Positions 9,722 to 19,799 of a DNA stretch of 64,000 nucleotides are shown here, piece by piece; the stretch's first letter is position 1, and each line of letters begins with the position of its first letter. A program made the translations under genes and the position numbers. This DNA is from Planctomycetota bacterium (GTDB lineage Bacteria; Planctomycetota; UBA11346). The notes beneath the pieces were generated by a model that did no database searches, was not told the DNA's origin, and was given only the letters and a program-made list of their open reading frames with translations. Where the stretch lies: the NCBI GenBank assembly GCA_016745075.1, contig JADGDD010000008.1, positions 10,678-74,677 on the forward strand. The letters run 5' to 3'.

Positions 9722-12700
9722 ATGCGTATTCTTACTCTCCTCTTTTTTCTCTGCGGATTATGCTCAGCTTCCGATTGGCCGATGCTCCTGCATGACATTC
9801 AACGAAGTGGCATCAGTGAAGAACAGCCAACATTTCCGTTACACCATAACTGGAGCTATCAACCACTACAGGCTCCAGTACCAGCATGGGACAAACCAGC
9901 TTTACAAGATTATTTTAATGGATTTTCTTCCATACACCACGCACAAGCTTTTAACCGCGCCTACCACAGTATCTGCGCAAATAATAAAGTTTTCTTTGCA
10001 TCGTCTGCTAATGATAGCGTTGTCTGCCTTGATGCTGCCAGTGGCAAAACATTGTGGGTAGCACTCACCAGTGGGCCTATTCGTCTACCACCAACCTTCC
10101 ATAAAGGCTCACTGTACTGTGGTTCTGATGATGGTTTTGTCTACTGCTTTGATGCTAACACTGGAGCACTCTTATGGCGTTCCTGTCCAAGTGCGACCAT
10201 TCTGGCGCAACGCCCCGCTTATTTGCCAGGCAATAAGCGCATTATTTCTCGCATGCCCGTGCGCACTGGTTTTATTATTGATACAGAACAACAAACGATT
10301 TATGGCCAATGTGGTTTATTCCCAGAAGAGAAGGTTATTGCCTTTCAACTTGATCTCAACACCGGAGCAGTTGTGAGCTCCACTCAGGCCAACGCCGCGG
10401 AAGGATCAGTAACACGTATTGGTGATGAAATCTATGCCTCACGTGGACGGAAAAGTTTTATGATTTCTGATAGAACAGGTAAAGAGGTTTTTAAAAGTAA
10501 TAAAACAAAAGGAGCAGGTGTTACCTCTGGCTACGGCACTCTTGCTCTTACTGGCGGTAATGAGCGGAAAGAGCTTATGCTCTTTGATACAGAGAATAAA
10601 AAAATACTTGCTATGTGTACAGGCCTACGCGGTTTATTACTGAAAGACACACTGTATCTCATAGATGGAGCAACCATACAATCTTACAAAATCGCTGATC
10701 TCATACGTTTCCATAAAGAATATAATGACGCTCTCAACGGACCAATTAAACTCACGTGGTCTGATAAAAGCGAGTTGAAAGCGCAACGCAATCTCCAAAT
10801 AGAAAATGCTGTTCTCTGGAAACAACCCTGCACTTCCACCACTGCACTTATTGCCTGCGGATCGACCATCATTACCGGAGCTCCACAGCACATCACGGCG
10901 TTCGACAGCAATACGGGAGCCGTACTCTGGGAGCAACAGGTAGACGGAACCCCCTATTCTCTCGCTTTTTCTCATGGACGTTTATTCGCAAGCATGGACA
11001 ACGGCCATACACTGTGCTTTTCAGCTCAGGATCAAGATCATATTCTTCAAACAGAACAACACGATATAACCGCATTTTCTCCTGTAGATTCCATACAGCA
11101 GTATACCACGAATATCATCAAAGAATCTCCACAGAGCAAAGGATATTGTGTTATTGTCAACCCGAGCACTTGTGAAATAGCTTATGATATTGCCACCCGT
11201 TCTGATATGCATGTACTTTGTCTCATCGATGATGAAGAAGCCTGCTTAACAGCTCAACAACAATTATTGCCGACCGGCTTATATGGCACTCGCATTCACT
11301 ACCTACGCGGATCACTGTCTACTGTTCATATTCAAGATTACATCGCCACGGTTATTGTTAGTGAACAAGCCCTCAGTGATGAGATAGAATCAGAAGCACT
11401 TCGTATTGTTCGCCCAGAAGGTGGAGTCATCTTATGCTTTAATACAAGCACTCCTGCAAACGATAATTGGACCCAACACTCGGATAAAAATATATCATAC
11501 AGCCGTTACCAACGAGGCACACTTGCTGACACAGGAAACTGGAGTCATGCCTATGGTGGACCAGAGGCCACCAGTTGCAGTAATGATGATACCGTTCATG
11601 GACAATTTGAACTGCAATGGTTTGGTGCGCCTGGCCCTGAAAAAATGAATGACCGCCATCACCGCCCAATGCCACCATTGTATGCTCAAGGAAAAATGTT
11701 TGTACTTGGAAATGAGTACCTTTACGGCGTTGATGCATACAATGGAACCATACTTTGGGAACGCCCCGTCCCTGGTTCACGCCGACTTGGTATTATGTAC
11801 GATACAGCCCCAATGATAGCGCATGATCACAGTCTTTTCCTTTCAATCGGAACATCTTGCATTCAGATAGATGCCAACACTGGGGCCACACAACAAGAAT
11901 TTACGCCGCCGCAGACGAATTCCTCCTGGGGGTTTGTTGACCGTTATCAACAACTCCTACTTGGCAGCAGCCAACACAGCAATGCCAGTCTGACAAAAGT
12001 TGGAAAAATCAATAAACTCATGGAGGCAGATAATAGACTTGTTGCCGTAAGCACTCATCTATTTGCCCTTGATCTCAAACATGCAACAAAGAAATGGGAT
12101 CATAATTCAGGGCTTATCGTTAATTCAACTATTGTTCGCAGCGCAAATACGCTCTGCTTTTTAGAATCACGAAATCCAGAGCTGATAACAACAGATGCTG
12201 GTAGATTTGAACTCAATCAACTTGCAGAAAATGCTTCTCTGTATTTTGTAGCTCTGGATATAGAAAACGGACAGGTGCTCTGGGAAAAACAGACCAATCT
12301 TCCTTACAATAATGTGTTCTTTCTGCAAATCGCCAATGATACCCTGCTCGCCAGCGGCTCATATAACCAAGACAAACGTCGTCACTATGGCATGAGTGCT
12401 CTTTCACTGACTGATGGCAGCACGCGTTGGTCTTCCAATTTTGATGAAGGGAAAAAAGGTGGATCACATGGCGAACAATGGCAACACCCTGCTATTGTTG
12501 GCGAAAACATTTATCTGATGCATCACATTATCAGCCTCACAACTGGTACACGTAGCCAAGAGGGTGAAGGTGGCAGGAAATGGCGCAAAGGACATGGCTG
12601 CGGTACTATTTCCATGTCTAACAATGCCATATTTTACCGTGGCCAATGTATTACTGACCTACAAACGTGGAACCAAGAACGCATCTTCCGCGGCAATAAA

Positions 12701-12826
12701 CCAGGCTGCTGGATCAACCTTATTCCCGCAGGTGGCCTCTTGCTGATGCCGGAAGCCAGTGCTGGTTGCTCTTGCTCTGTACAAGTGCAAACGTCTATGG
12801 CATTGCGACCAGTGGGTCACAAATAA
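9722..12826 (+). CDS. Secreted PQQ-like beta-propeller repeat protein (BamB/PQQ-repeat family), ~1034 aa, multi-domain
   Basis: N-terminal signal peptide MRILTLLFFLCGLCSA; recurring propeller motifs (DG.VYCFDANTGALLW, ITAFDSNTGAVLWE, LYGVDAYNGTILWE); central degenerate Rossmann-like segment; paralog of 27528-30551. Confidence 0.65.
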   Translation: MRILTLLFFLCGLCSASDWPMLLHDIQRSGISEEQPTFPLHHNWSYQPLQAPVPAWDKPALQDYFNGFSSIHHAQAFNRAYHSICANNKVFFASSANDSVVCLDAASGKTLWVALTSGPIRLPPTFHKGSLYCGSDDGFVYCFDANTGALLWRSCPSATILAQRPAYLPGNKRIISRMPVRTGFIIDTEQQTIYGQCGLFPEEKVIAFQLDLNTGAVVSSTQANAAEGSVTRIGDEIYASRGRKSFMISDRTGKEVFKSNKTKGAGVTSGYGTLALTGGNERKELMLFDTENKKILAMCTGLRGLLLKDTLYLIDGATIQSYKIADLIRFHKEYNDALNGPIKLTWSDKSELKAQRNLQIENAVLWKQPCTSTTALIACGSTIITGAPQHITAFDSNTGAVLWEQQVDGTPYSLAFSHGRLFASMDNGHTLCFSAQDQDHILQTEQHDITAFSPVDSIQQYTTNIIKESPQSKGYCVIVNPSTCEIAYDIATRSDMHVLCLIDDEEACLTAQQQLLPTGLYGTRIHYLRGSLSTVHIQDYIATVIVSEQALSDEIESEALRIVRPEGGVILCFNTSTPANDNWTQHSDKNISYSRYQRGTLADTGNWSHAYGGPEATSCSNDDTVHGQFELQWFGAPGPEKMNDRHHRPMPPLYAQGKMFVLGNEYLYGVDAYNGTILWERPVPGSRRLGIMYDTAPMIAHDHSLFLSIGTSCIQIDANTGATQQEFTPPQTNSSWGFVDRYQQLLLGSSQHSNASLTKVGKINKLMEADNRLVAVSTHLFALDLKHATKKWDHNSGLIVNSTIVRSANTLCFLESRNPELITTDAGRFELNQLAENASLYFVALDIENGQVLWEKQTNLPYNNVFFLQIANDTLLASGSYNQDKRRHYGMSALSLTDGSTRWSSNFDEGKKGGSHGEQWQHPAIVGENIYLMHHIISLTTGTRSQEGEGGRKWRKGHGCGTISMSNNAIFYRGQCITDLQTWNQERIFRGNKPGCWINLIPAGGLLLMPEASAGCSCSVQVQTSMALRPVGHK

Positions 12827-12978
12827 CTTCTCCATCTGGTAAGATCAATTCATAGAGAGGAAATAGAGTCAGAAAGAGCACTACACGTTTATTTTTTCTA
12901 AGCCTCCTTTTATTTCAGTATTGAGCTGCACAAAGAACTCTCTACTAGACCTTTTCTAAGGCTTGTCAGAATATCAGC

Positions 12979-14853
12979 ATGACCGATATGATGAACGCAC
13001 TCAAGGAAGGCTGGGGCTATGATAGCTTTCGGCCTTTGCAGAAAGATGCAGTGGAAGCTGCGCTTTCTGGAACTGATTGCCTCGTCATTTTACCTACTGG
13101 TGGCGGGAAAAGCCTCTGTTATCAGTTACCGGCTGCCTGTGGTATCGGCCTTGTCATGGTCGTATCTCCACTGATTGCCTTAATGGATGACCAAGTTGCA
13201 TCTGCACGTGATTCCGGCATTATTGCCGCTGCCTTGCATTCCAACTTGCCTGCTGCTGAAAAACACAGTGCTATGCAAGCCATTAGCGATGGCAGCCTGC
13301 AATTACTCTACATTAGCCCAGAACGTTTATCGCTTGGTGATATTATTGGTCAAATTTCTGACCGTCTTGGTTTAATTGCCGTAGATGAAGCCCACTGTAT
13401 TTCGCATTGGGGTCATGACTTCCGACCTGAATACCGGATGCTGGCACAAATATTTAATCGCGTACCCACCGTTCCGCGTATGGCCCTTACCGCCACCGCT
13501 ACTCCACATGTGCAACGTGATATTTGTGTGCAAGTGCCGCTACGTGATGAAATCCATTTATTGGGCCATCCAGATCGCCCCAATTTAATTTACCGCGCCT
13601 TGCCAAGAAAAAATGCTATTAAACAAATGATGTCCATCATAGAACGACACCCCAATGAAGGTGGTATTGTCTATGCACAAACTCGCAAAGAGGTAGAGCG
13701 TATTACCTCCTCTCTTGATGGTCATGGTGTTGGTTGTGCTGGCTATCATGCAGGCATGCCTGCACGCACGCGACAAAAAGTTCAAATGGATTTCGTCAAT
13801 GAGCGCGTTGATGTCGTTGTTGCCACCATTGCTTTTGGCATGGGTATAGATCGCTCCAATGTACGCTACGTTATTCACGCAAATTACCCGCGCAGTATTG
13901 AACATTACCAACAAGAATCTGGACGGGCTGGACGTGATGGCTTAAATGCCGAATGCGTGTTACTGCATAGCTACGCCGATATTGTGATGCACCGTCGTCT
14001 CTCCACTATGGACGGGCCGCTCAGCCCCGAACGACAGCAAGCTTTAGATCAGCAGTTATCTGGAGTAACTCGTTACGCAAGCTCTCCAGTCTGCCGTCAT
14101 CGTCTACTGACTGAACACTTTGGTGAAACGTATTCCATTCCTGAAGGTAATGATTTACAAAAGGGTTGTGGCGCTTGTGATGTATGTCTTGCGGAAACCA
14201 TTGAGCTAGACGCAACAGAAGCTGTTGAAGTTGCCCAAAAAATAATATCCGCAGTCTGGCGTTGCCAAAATCGTTTTGGTGCTGGACACGTTACGGACGT
14301 ATTGATTGGTCGAGATACCGAAAAAATTCGCCGCGCCCAACATGATGAGCTCTCTGTCTTTGGATTACTACGCTTAGAGGGCGATACCTCCGTGCGGTTC
14401 TGGATAGACCAGCTCATCATGCAAGATTTACTCACCGTTATTCCGAATGATGGCTACCCGCTGCTGGCTATTTCCGAACAAGGTAAAGCACTCTGTAAAG
14501 GTGATGGCAGCGTCCGTCTTGGCCAAGTGCAAAAACCAACGAAAAAGAAAAAGTCCAGCGCTGGCAAAGCCCCCGCCGACAACAGCGTGGAGTGGGAAGA
14601 CGTGGACCGCGAACTCTACGAACAACTCCGCGACCTACGCAAATACATCGCCGAAGACATCAACAAACCACCATATATTATTTTCTCCGATGCTTCTCTC
14701 CGCGACATGGCCCGCGAACTACCAGCCAATCGCATAGACATGCTTGCCGTCAAAGGTGTGGGGGATCACAAACTCGAAAAATACGGAGCATCTTTTCTCG
14801 CCTGTATCTCCGGCGAATCTGTTGAAGAAGCGTTTGAGATATTTAAGGCATAA
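12979..14853 (+). CDS. recQ: ATP-dependent DNA helicase RecQ
   Basis: Walker A ILPTGGGKSLCYQLPA, DEAH box LIAVDEAHCISHWGHDFRPEY, Zn-binding/RQC region, C-terminal HRDC domain. Confidence 0.9.
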   Translation: MTDMMNALKEGWGYDSFRPLQKDAVEAALSGTDCLVILPTGGGKSLCYQLPAACGIGLVMVVSPLIALMDDQVASARDSGIIAAALHSNLPAAEKHSAMQAISDGSLQLLYISPERLSLGDIIGQISDRLGLIAVDEAHCISHWGHDFRPEYRMLAQIFNRVPTVPRMALTATATPHVQRDICVQVPLRDEIHLLGHPDRPNLIYRALPRKNAIKQMMSIIERHPNEGGIVYAQTRKEVERITSSLDGHGVGCAGYHAGMPARTRQKVQMDFVNERVDVVVATIAFGMGIDRSNVRYVIHANYPRSIEHYQQESGRAGRDGLNAECVLLHSYADIVMHRRLSTMDGPLSPERQQALDQQLSGVTRYASSPVCRHRLLTEHFGETYSIPEGNDLQKGCGACDVCLAETIELDATEAVEVAQKIISAVWRCQNRFGAGHVTDVLIGRDTEKIRRAQHDELSVFGLLRLEGDTSVRFWIDQLIMQDLLTVIPNDGYPLLAISEQGKALCKGDGSVRLGQVQKPTKKKKSSAGKAPADNSVEWEDVDRELYEQLRDLRKYIAEDINKPPYIIFSDASLRDMARELPANRIDMLAVKGVGDHKLEKYGASFLACISGESVEEAFEIFKA

Positions 14854-14887
14854 GAAAAACAAAAGAAACACTCCCATGCCGTTTGTT

Positions 14888-15766
14888 TTACAGAGACGAC
14901 ACTTGCAATTGTTGGCGATAGGACTTTGGCGTTTGCCCCACTTCTTTTTTGAAGATCCGAGAAAAATAATTACTGTCATTGAAACCACTCGCAAAAGCGA
15001 TCTTGGTAATACTGTCATTCGTTGTGGTTAATAATGCTTTTGCATGATTAAGACGTAAGCGATTCAGGTACATAATGGGGGTCACACCATAGTCTGATTT
15101 GAAACGACGAATAAATTGATTAACAGATAAATGAGCTGCATCTGCTAACTCCGCCAAAGAAATATCTCTGCTGTATTCGCTTTCAAGGAGGGCAACGCTT
15201 TCTGCTAAAGCCATTAACGGGTTTGCCTCTGAATTTTCTTCTGAAAAGATACTACAAAGTTCAACAATTAACCGTTGCATCGCAGCAACTTTCCTTGCCT
15301 GAGGTGCTTGCGTGTGCCGAATAGGTTCAGTGAGATCGACACAGAGCGGCTTGATCATTTTCAATTGTTGAGCACTTAGTCTTAAACGATTATAATTACG
15401 TTCCTGTTCTCGATACACTGGCTCCAAAATAAAAAGCGCATGATAACCAGACAATGCAGTAAGATCATAGGTGTGTGCTTGTAACCACGTTGGTAAAAAC
15501 ATGCAGTTAATGATTTCCATATCCCGTGAATGGGCAAAGCCATGTACTTGCCCTGGCGCTATTGCAAAAACATCTCCGGCAGCAATCGGCACTAGGCCCC
15601 ACTCCGTTTGATGTTGGCCACTACCACGACAAACGATAACCAATTCGCTAAAATCATGGCGGTGAATGGGGTAATCATCACGCGGAAAACGCCAAAAGGA
15701 AGCTTGCACCGGAGCTGCTGGATGAAGCCCCTGTTTCTCTAAAGCAATAGTCGGAATCTGATGCAT
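14888..15766 (-). CDS. AraC family transcriptional regulator (cupin plus HTH)
   Basis: C-terminal LSVNQFIRRFKSDYGVTPIMYLNRLRLNHAKALL...ITKIAFASGFNDSNYFSRIFKKEVGQTP; divergent from the PhyH/URO-D-like operon. Confidence 0.85.
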   Translation of the reverse strand: MHQIPTIALEKQGLHPAAPVQASFWRFPRDDYPIHRHDFSELVIVCRGSGQHQTEWGLVPIAAGDVFAIAPGQVHGFAHSRDMEIINCMFLPTWLQAHTYDLTALSGYHALFILEPVYREQERNYNRLRLSAQQLKMIKPLCVDLTEPIRHTQAPQARKVAAMQRLIVELCSIFSEENSEANPLMALAESVALLESEYSRDISLAELADAAHLSVNQFIRRFKSDYGVTPIMYLNRLRLNHAKALLTTTNDSITKIAFASGFNDSNYFSRIFKKEVGQTPKSYRQQLQVSSL

Positions 15767-15864
15767 GGTGATATTATGCTAAAGAATGGTGACAAGGTCA
15801 AGGCTCAGCATCATCAACACTATAGACTCTTAGAATAAACATACGATAAAATAAAGGAATTTAC

Positions 15865-16620
15865 ATGCCAGCACTCACGAAAGCTCAGATAACGGATTAC
15901 CATGAACATGGTTTTGTTATGCTGGGAAAAATTATGGATGATGCAACCTTAGATGTCATTCGCTCAGAAGAGCAGAGGCTCATGGCAACCGTTGGTTCTG
16001 CCCATGATGAAGATCTTGCTAACCGCAGTGTCTTCATTTCTTTATGCCACCATCATAGTGCTGCGTTTCGTAACGTTGCCACGCAAGGGCCACACCTTGA
16101 TGCGGTAGAACAAATTGTTGGCGAAGACTTCTTACTATGGTACACGCAGTTTGTTATAAAACATCCAGACACGGGGGATGCTAAGAGTGAGTTTCCGTGG
16201 CATCAAGATAATGGCTATGGCGCAATTACTCCCGATAATAACGTAACAGTTTGGATTGCTCTTGATGACGTGACCGAAGAAAACGGATGCGTATGGGTTG
16301 TGCCCGGCAGTCATAAACAGGGGCTACTTGACCATCAGAAAAAAAATGACTCATGGCATTTACATTTAGACGTCGAGACCGATGGTATTCCTGCCATTAT
16401 GAAAGCAGGCGAAGCGGTGATGTTTAGTGGATTAACCCTGCACCGTTCAAAATTAAATCACACGAATGCTCCACGCCGCGCTATGTTTATGGAATACGCA
16501 CATGCCAGTAGTCACTTAATTGAAGATCAGCAAGCACTTATCCATAAATCTCACACATGGATGGTACGTGGACAATTGCCCCTAGACATTCCCAATCAAG
16601 CACCGGAGACACAATCATGA
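15865..16620 (+). CDS. Phytanoyl-CoA dioxygenase (PhyH) family Fe(II)/2OG oxygenase
   Basis: FPWHQDNGYG (HxD), VVPGSHKQG, GLTLHRS; RBS AAGGAA upstream of ATG 15865. Confidence 0.75.
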   Translation: MPALTKAQITDYHEHGFVMLGKIMDDATLDVIRSEEQRLMATVGSAHDEDLANRSVFISLCHHHSAAFRNVATQGPHLDAVEQIVGEDFLLWYTQFVIKHPDTGDAKSEFPWHQDNGYGAITPDNNVTVWIALDDVTEENGCVWVVPGSHKQGLLDHQKKNDSWHLHLDVETDGIPAIMKAGEAVMFSGLTLHRSKLNHTNAPRRAMFMEYAHASSHLIEDQQALIHKSHTWMVRGQLPLDIPNQAPETQS

Positions 16621-17678
16621 CATGCACTCAAACACCCGTTGAGGAGATGCAAAAACGTATTCTCCATGCTTACGACCATCCAGATGAGCAAGCCTGTTTT
16701 TATAGTGGTAATGTAGAACGCACCGGTAGTACCCGCTTAGATCATCTACCCTATTGGGACTGGAGTTGCCAACCTGCCCGCTCTGTCCCAAGCAATACGA
16801 CTTGCCTTTTTCCACTCGCACTGAATTGCCCACAAATACACACCACCGAAGGGAAACTATGGGTCAATCCAATTTTTGAAGACGAGGACGAAGAAGATTT
16901 TATTCTGGAACTGCCAGATATACGTAGCGGTTTTGGCGACACCATTTTACAAGAAATGGCGACAATGGCTCGTGATTTACCCGCGGGTGAAACCATACGT
17001 GAAGTTGATATTCAATCCTCACTGGGCATTGCTGAACTCGTCTGTGGGCAAAATTTGTATATAGCCTTACTAGAAGAACCTGAAGCCATCAAAAAAATGC
17101 TCACACGCATTACTGATTTCGTTATTGATTTTGTTCACGAAATGCGCCGTGTTTGTGGACCACGTTTAAACGGTGCAGGCTTTCCTTTTATTTGGTCAGA
17201 CCAACACAGCACGCTTGTCAGTGATGATACACTGACCTTAGTTTCTCCACAGCAACATCTGGAATTTAGTCTCCCGTACGTGAATCAATTTGCTGATGCC
17301 TGCGGCCCCATTCATTACCATTCTTGCTCATGGTATGAACGCTTTTTTGATAATATTAAACAAGTCCGTAATGTCCGCACCTATAATTGGAATACCGGTA
17401 ACAGCGACGATCCACATCATATTATTCGAGAGTTTTCTGGACGAGCTGTACTCGCGCCACACATCTGTAAAGATATGCATCTCAGCAACGATGTTGCTCG
17501 TTGGGGCCATTCTTTCTCCGACGAAGTAGATCTACTCAGCTATGTGTTAGATGGCATGCTCGATAATACCAGCTTTCATTTCTGGCTTGGTGAATTTGAT
17601 GAGAAGCCAGATGTACTTGAACGGATGTATGATATTTTGCATGAACGAGGGTACTCACCACAAGCACAACTCGGCTAA
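16617..17678 (+). CDS. Uroporphyrinogen decarboxylase (URO-D)-like family protein, function unknown
   Basis: Fold-level similarity to URO-D/MtaA-like proteins and to the paralog at 46534-47562; ATG 16617 overlaps the PhyH stop (ATGA) with GGAG 8 nt upstream, so the listed start at 16557 is rejected. Confidence 0.55.
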   Translation: MTCTQTPVEEMQKRILHAYDHPDEQACFYSGNVERTGSTRLDHLPYWDWSCQPARSVPSNTTCLFPLALNCPQIHTTEGKLWVNPIFEDEDEEDFILELPDIRSGFGDTILQEMATMARDLPAGETIREVDIQSSLGIAELVCGQNLYIALLEEPEAIKKMLTRITDFVIDFVHEMRRVCGPRLNGAGFPFIWSDQHSTLVSDDTLTLVSPQQHLEFSLPYVNQFADACGPIHYHSCSWYERFFDNIKQVRNVRTYNWNTGNSDDPHHIIREFSGRAVLAPHICKDMHLSNDVARWGHSFSDEVDLLSYVLDGMLDNTSFHFWLGEFDEKPDVLERMYDILHERGYSPQAQLG

Positions 17679-17721
17679 TATTATCCATTCACTTTCCTTG
17701 GCAGGCCATAGGGTCTAAAAC

Positions 17722-18546
17722 ATGGATATATCTGTCATTTTTACGACCTACAATCAGCCACGCTGGCTGGAGCTCGTGCTCTGGGGTTTTTCTATCCAGA
17801 GCCACAGTGATTTTGAGATTGTCATTGCTGATGATGGCTCCAAGCCAGAAACCGCTGCCCTCATTGCAGATATTCAGAAAAAAACAGCACTCACCATCCA
17901 ACATATTTGGCATGAAGACAATGGCTTTCAGAAATGTAGTATTCTGAACAAAGCCATTGTTGCGGCCAAACATGATTACTTGGTTTTTACTGATGGCGAT
18001 TGTATTCCTCATCCTGATTTTTTAAAAACACATAACAAACATGCTCAAAAAAATGCATTCCTCTCTGGCGGCTACTTCAAATTGCCGCAAGACATAAGTG
18101 AGGCTATTACCATTGATGAAGTACTCCAAGGCTTACCCTGTTCCCCTGCGTGGCTGCGCAGCAACGGCATGTCTTGGACCCCAAAAATGTTAAAGCTACA
18201 GGCCAAAGGGGCCTCATCATCTCTACTAGATATGCTGACAACCACCCGCCCAACGTGGAATGGCCATAATGCTTCCACATGGAAAGAATACGCGCTAGCG
18301 ATAAATGGTTTTGACGAGCGTATGCAATATGGCGGCCAAGATCGAGAATTTGGTGAGCGCCTTGAAAACATTGGCGTACGCGGCAAACAAATTCGACACA
18401 AAGCATGTTGTGTACATCTACACCATAAACGTGGTTATGCGACACCTGAGAGTATTGCCAAAAATAAAGCGATACGCGCAGACACGGTTTCGCAAAAAAT
18501 AACGAAAACGGAACATGGCATCGAACAGATGCTCACCGCTCCATAA
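17722..18546 (+). CDS. Glycosyltransferase family 2
   Basis: N-terminal ISVIFTTYNQPRWLE...FEIVIADDGS...VFTDGDCIP (GT2 DxD-type motifs). Confidence 0.75.
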   Translation: MDISVIFTTYNQPRWLELVLWGFSIQSHSDFEIVIADDGSKPETAALIADIQKKTALTIQHIWHEDNGFQKCSILNKAIVAAKHDYLVFTDGDCIPHPDFLKTHNKHAQKNAFLSGGYFKLPQDISEAITIDEVLQGLPCSPAWLRSNGMSWTPKMLKLQAKGASSSLLDMLTTTRPTWNGHNASTWKEYALAINGFDERMQYGGQDREFGERLENIGVRGKQIRHKACCVHLHHKRGYATPESIAKNKAIRADTVSQKITKTEHGIEQMLTAP

Positions 18547-18552
18547 ACAATA

Positions 18553-19599
18553 TTAGAGGTAGAGGCTCTCCCACTGCTCAATAACCTGTGCAGCAGATAC
18601 GGCTTCTAAGGTATTTGCTGCTGCCCACGCCTCTGGTCCTGGCGCACAGGCTTCAATACTTGTTTGCGCAGCAATCAGCACAGGGCTTGTTTCTGCACGT
18701 GGGCAGAATAAACGCGGATCTGTCTGGCCAAATAAAACCAACAGAGGACAGCCAACCGCAGCCGCAATATGGGCAGGGCCTGTATCAACACTCACACAAC
18801 AATCAGCCATTTCCATTACAGCCAACAGGCGGCGAATCGGCAACTGATCAGCAACGGAAATGACCTGCGGCAACTGCACCTGCGCCGCCAAAGATTCTGT
18901 ATACTCTTGTTCTGGTGGCGCACCACAAAGTAGCACAACGGCATCTGGGTTACTTAAGACCATATGACGCATCACCTGTACCCAGCGCTCATCTGGCCAA
19001 AACTTGACATTGCTAGACCGGTCTCGGGCACCCGCTCTCATGGTTTTTTTATTACCTGGCTGAATTAAAATAATAGGTCGGTCTTGCCAGCCATTCTTCT
19101 CCAACCAAGCACGACACTCTCTGCGTTCTTCTTCACTCACAACTAATTGGGTGCCAGTGACCGAACACGGAGGCCAAGCTGTCTTAACCGTCTCTTTAAG
19201 AGCCAAACGTTGCCAATGCTCTATAGTATGTTCATCCTGATGGCGCTCATCGACCAAAGAATCTACCGCATCTTGTTTGAGGTCATAGCCAGCCCGTTCT
19301 AACAAACGGTAGACTTTGGGCATTTCTTCCAACACCCACACGGGACTGTTCCCACGTTCTTTGAGAGATGTGACCAACTGTTTCTGTTCACTACTCAAAA
19401 GATATGGCGTTTTTCGAGAACCAATCACATAGACATCTCGAACCCACGGGCAATTGGCATAGAGTACCTTGGTCCACGCCCCAGAGCCAACCACATCACA
19501 TGGCTCCCCGCTACGCTCTGCGAGCATACGCAAAAGCGGCGTTAACATCACCATGTCTCCAAGCGCACCAAAGCGCACTACTAGGGGGTTGTTCGGCAT
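18553..19599 (-). CDS. Glycosyltransferase family 9 (LPS heptosyltransferase-like)
   Basis: N-terminal RFGALGDMVMLTPLLRML and overall GT9 organisation. Confidence 0.75.
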   Translation of the reverse strand: MPNNPLVVRFGALGDMVMLTPLLRMLAERSGEPCDVVGSGAWTKVLYANCPWVRDVYVIGSRKTPYLLSSEQKQLVTSLKERGNSPVWVLEEMPKVYRLLERAGYDLKQDAVDSLVDERHQDEHTIEHWQRLALKETVKTAWPPCSVTGTQLVVSEEERRECRAWLEKNGWQDRPIILIQPGNKKTMRAGARDRSSNVKFWPDERWVQVMRHMVLSNPDAVVLLCGAPPEQEYTESLAAQVQLPQVISVADQLPIRRLLAVMEMADCCVSVDTGPAHIAAAVGCPLLVLFGQTDPRLFCPRAETSPVLIAAQTSIEACAPGPEAWAAANTLEAVSAAQVIEQWESLYL

Positions 19600-19799
19600 T
19601 CTTTCGGCCTCCGCTTTTGTCTGGGCGCACTCTAGCGGCTCCTCCAGCTTTTCCAGTGCAAGTCAGAGCGCAGCCTTGCCTTATGAGTAGTCAGCTCATG
19701 ATGAGCAGCCATTCAAAACCATGATTTTTACTGGTGTTGAGCCATACCTGCCCAGCATTCAGACTATAAACGATTCCCACGAACAGCAAAGAATACCCT

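Noticed and set aside
16557-16616. Longer start for the URO-D-like gene at 16557
   Set aside because: It would overlap the PhyH gene by 64 nt; ATG 16617 has a GGAG RBS and forms the ATGA stop-start overlap.
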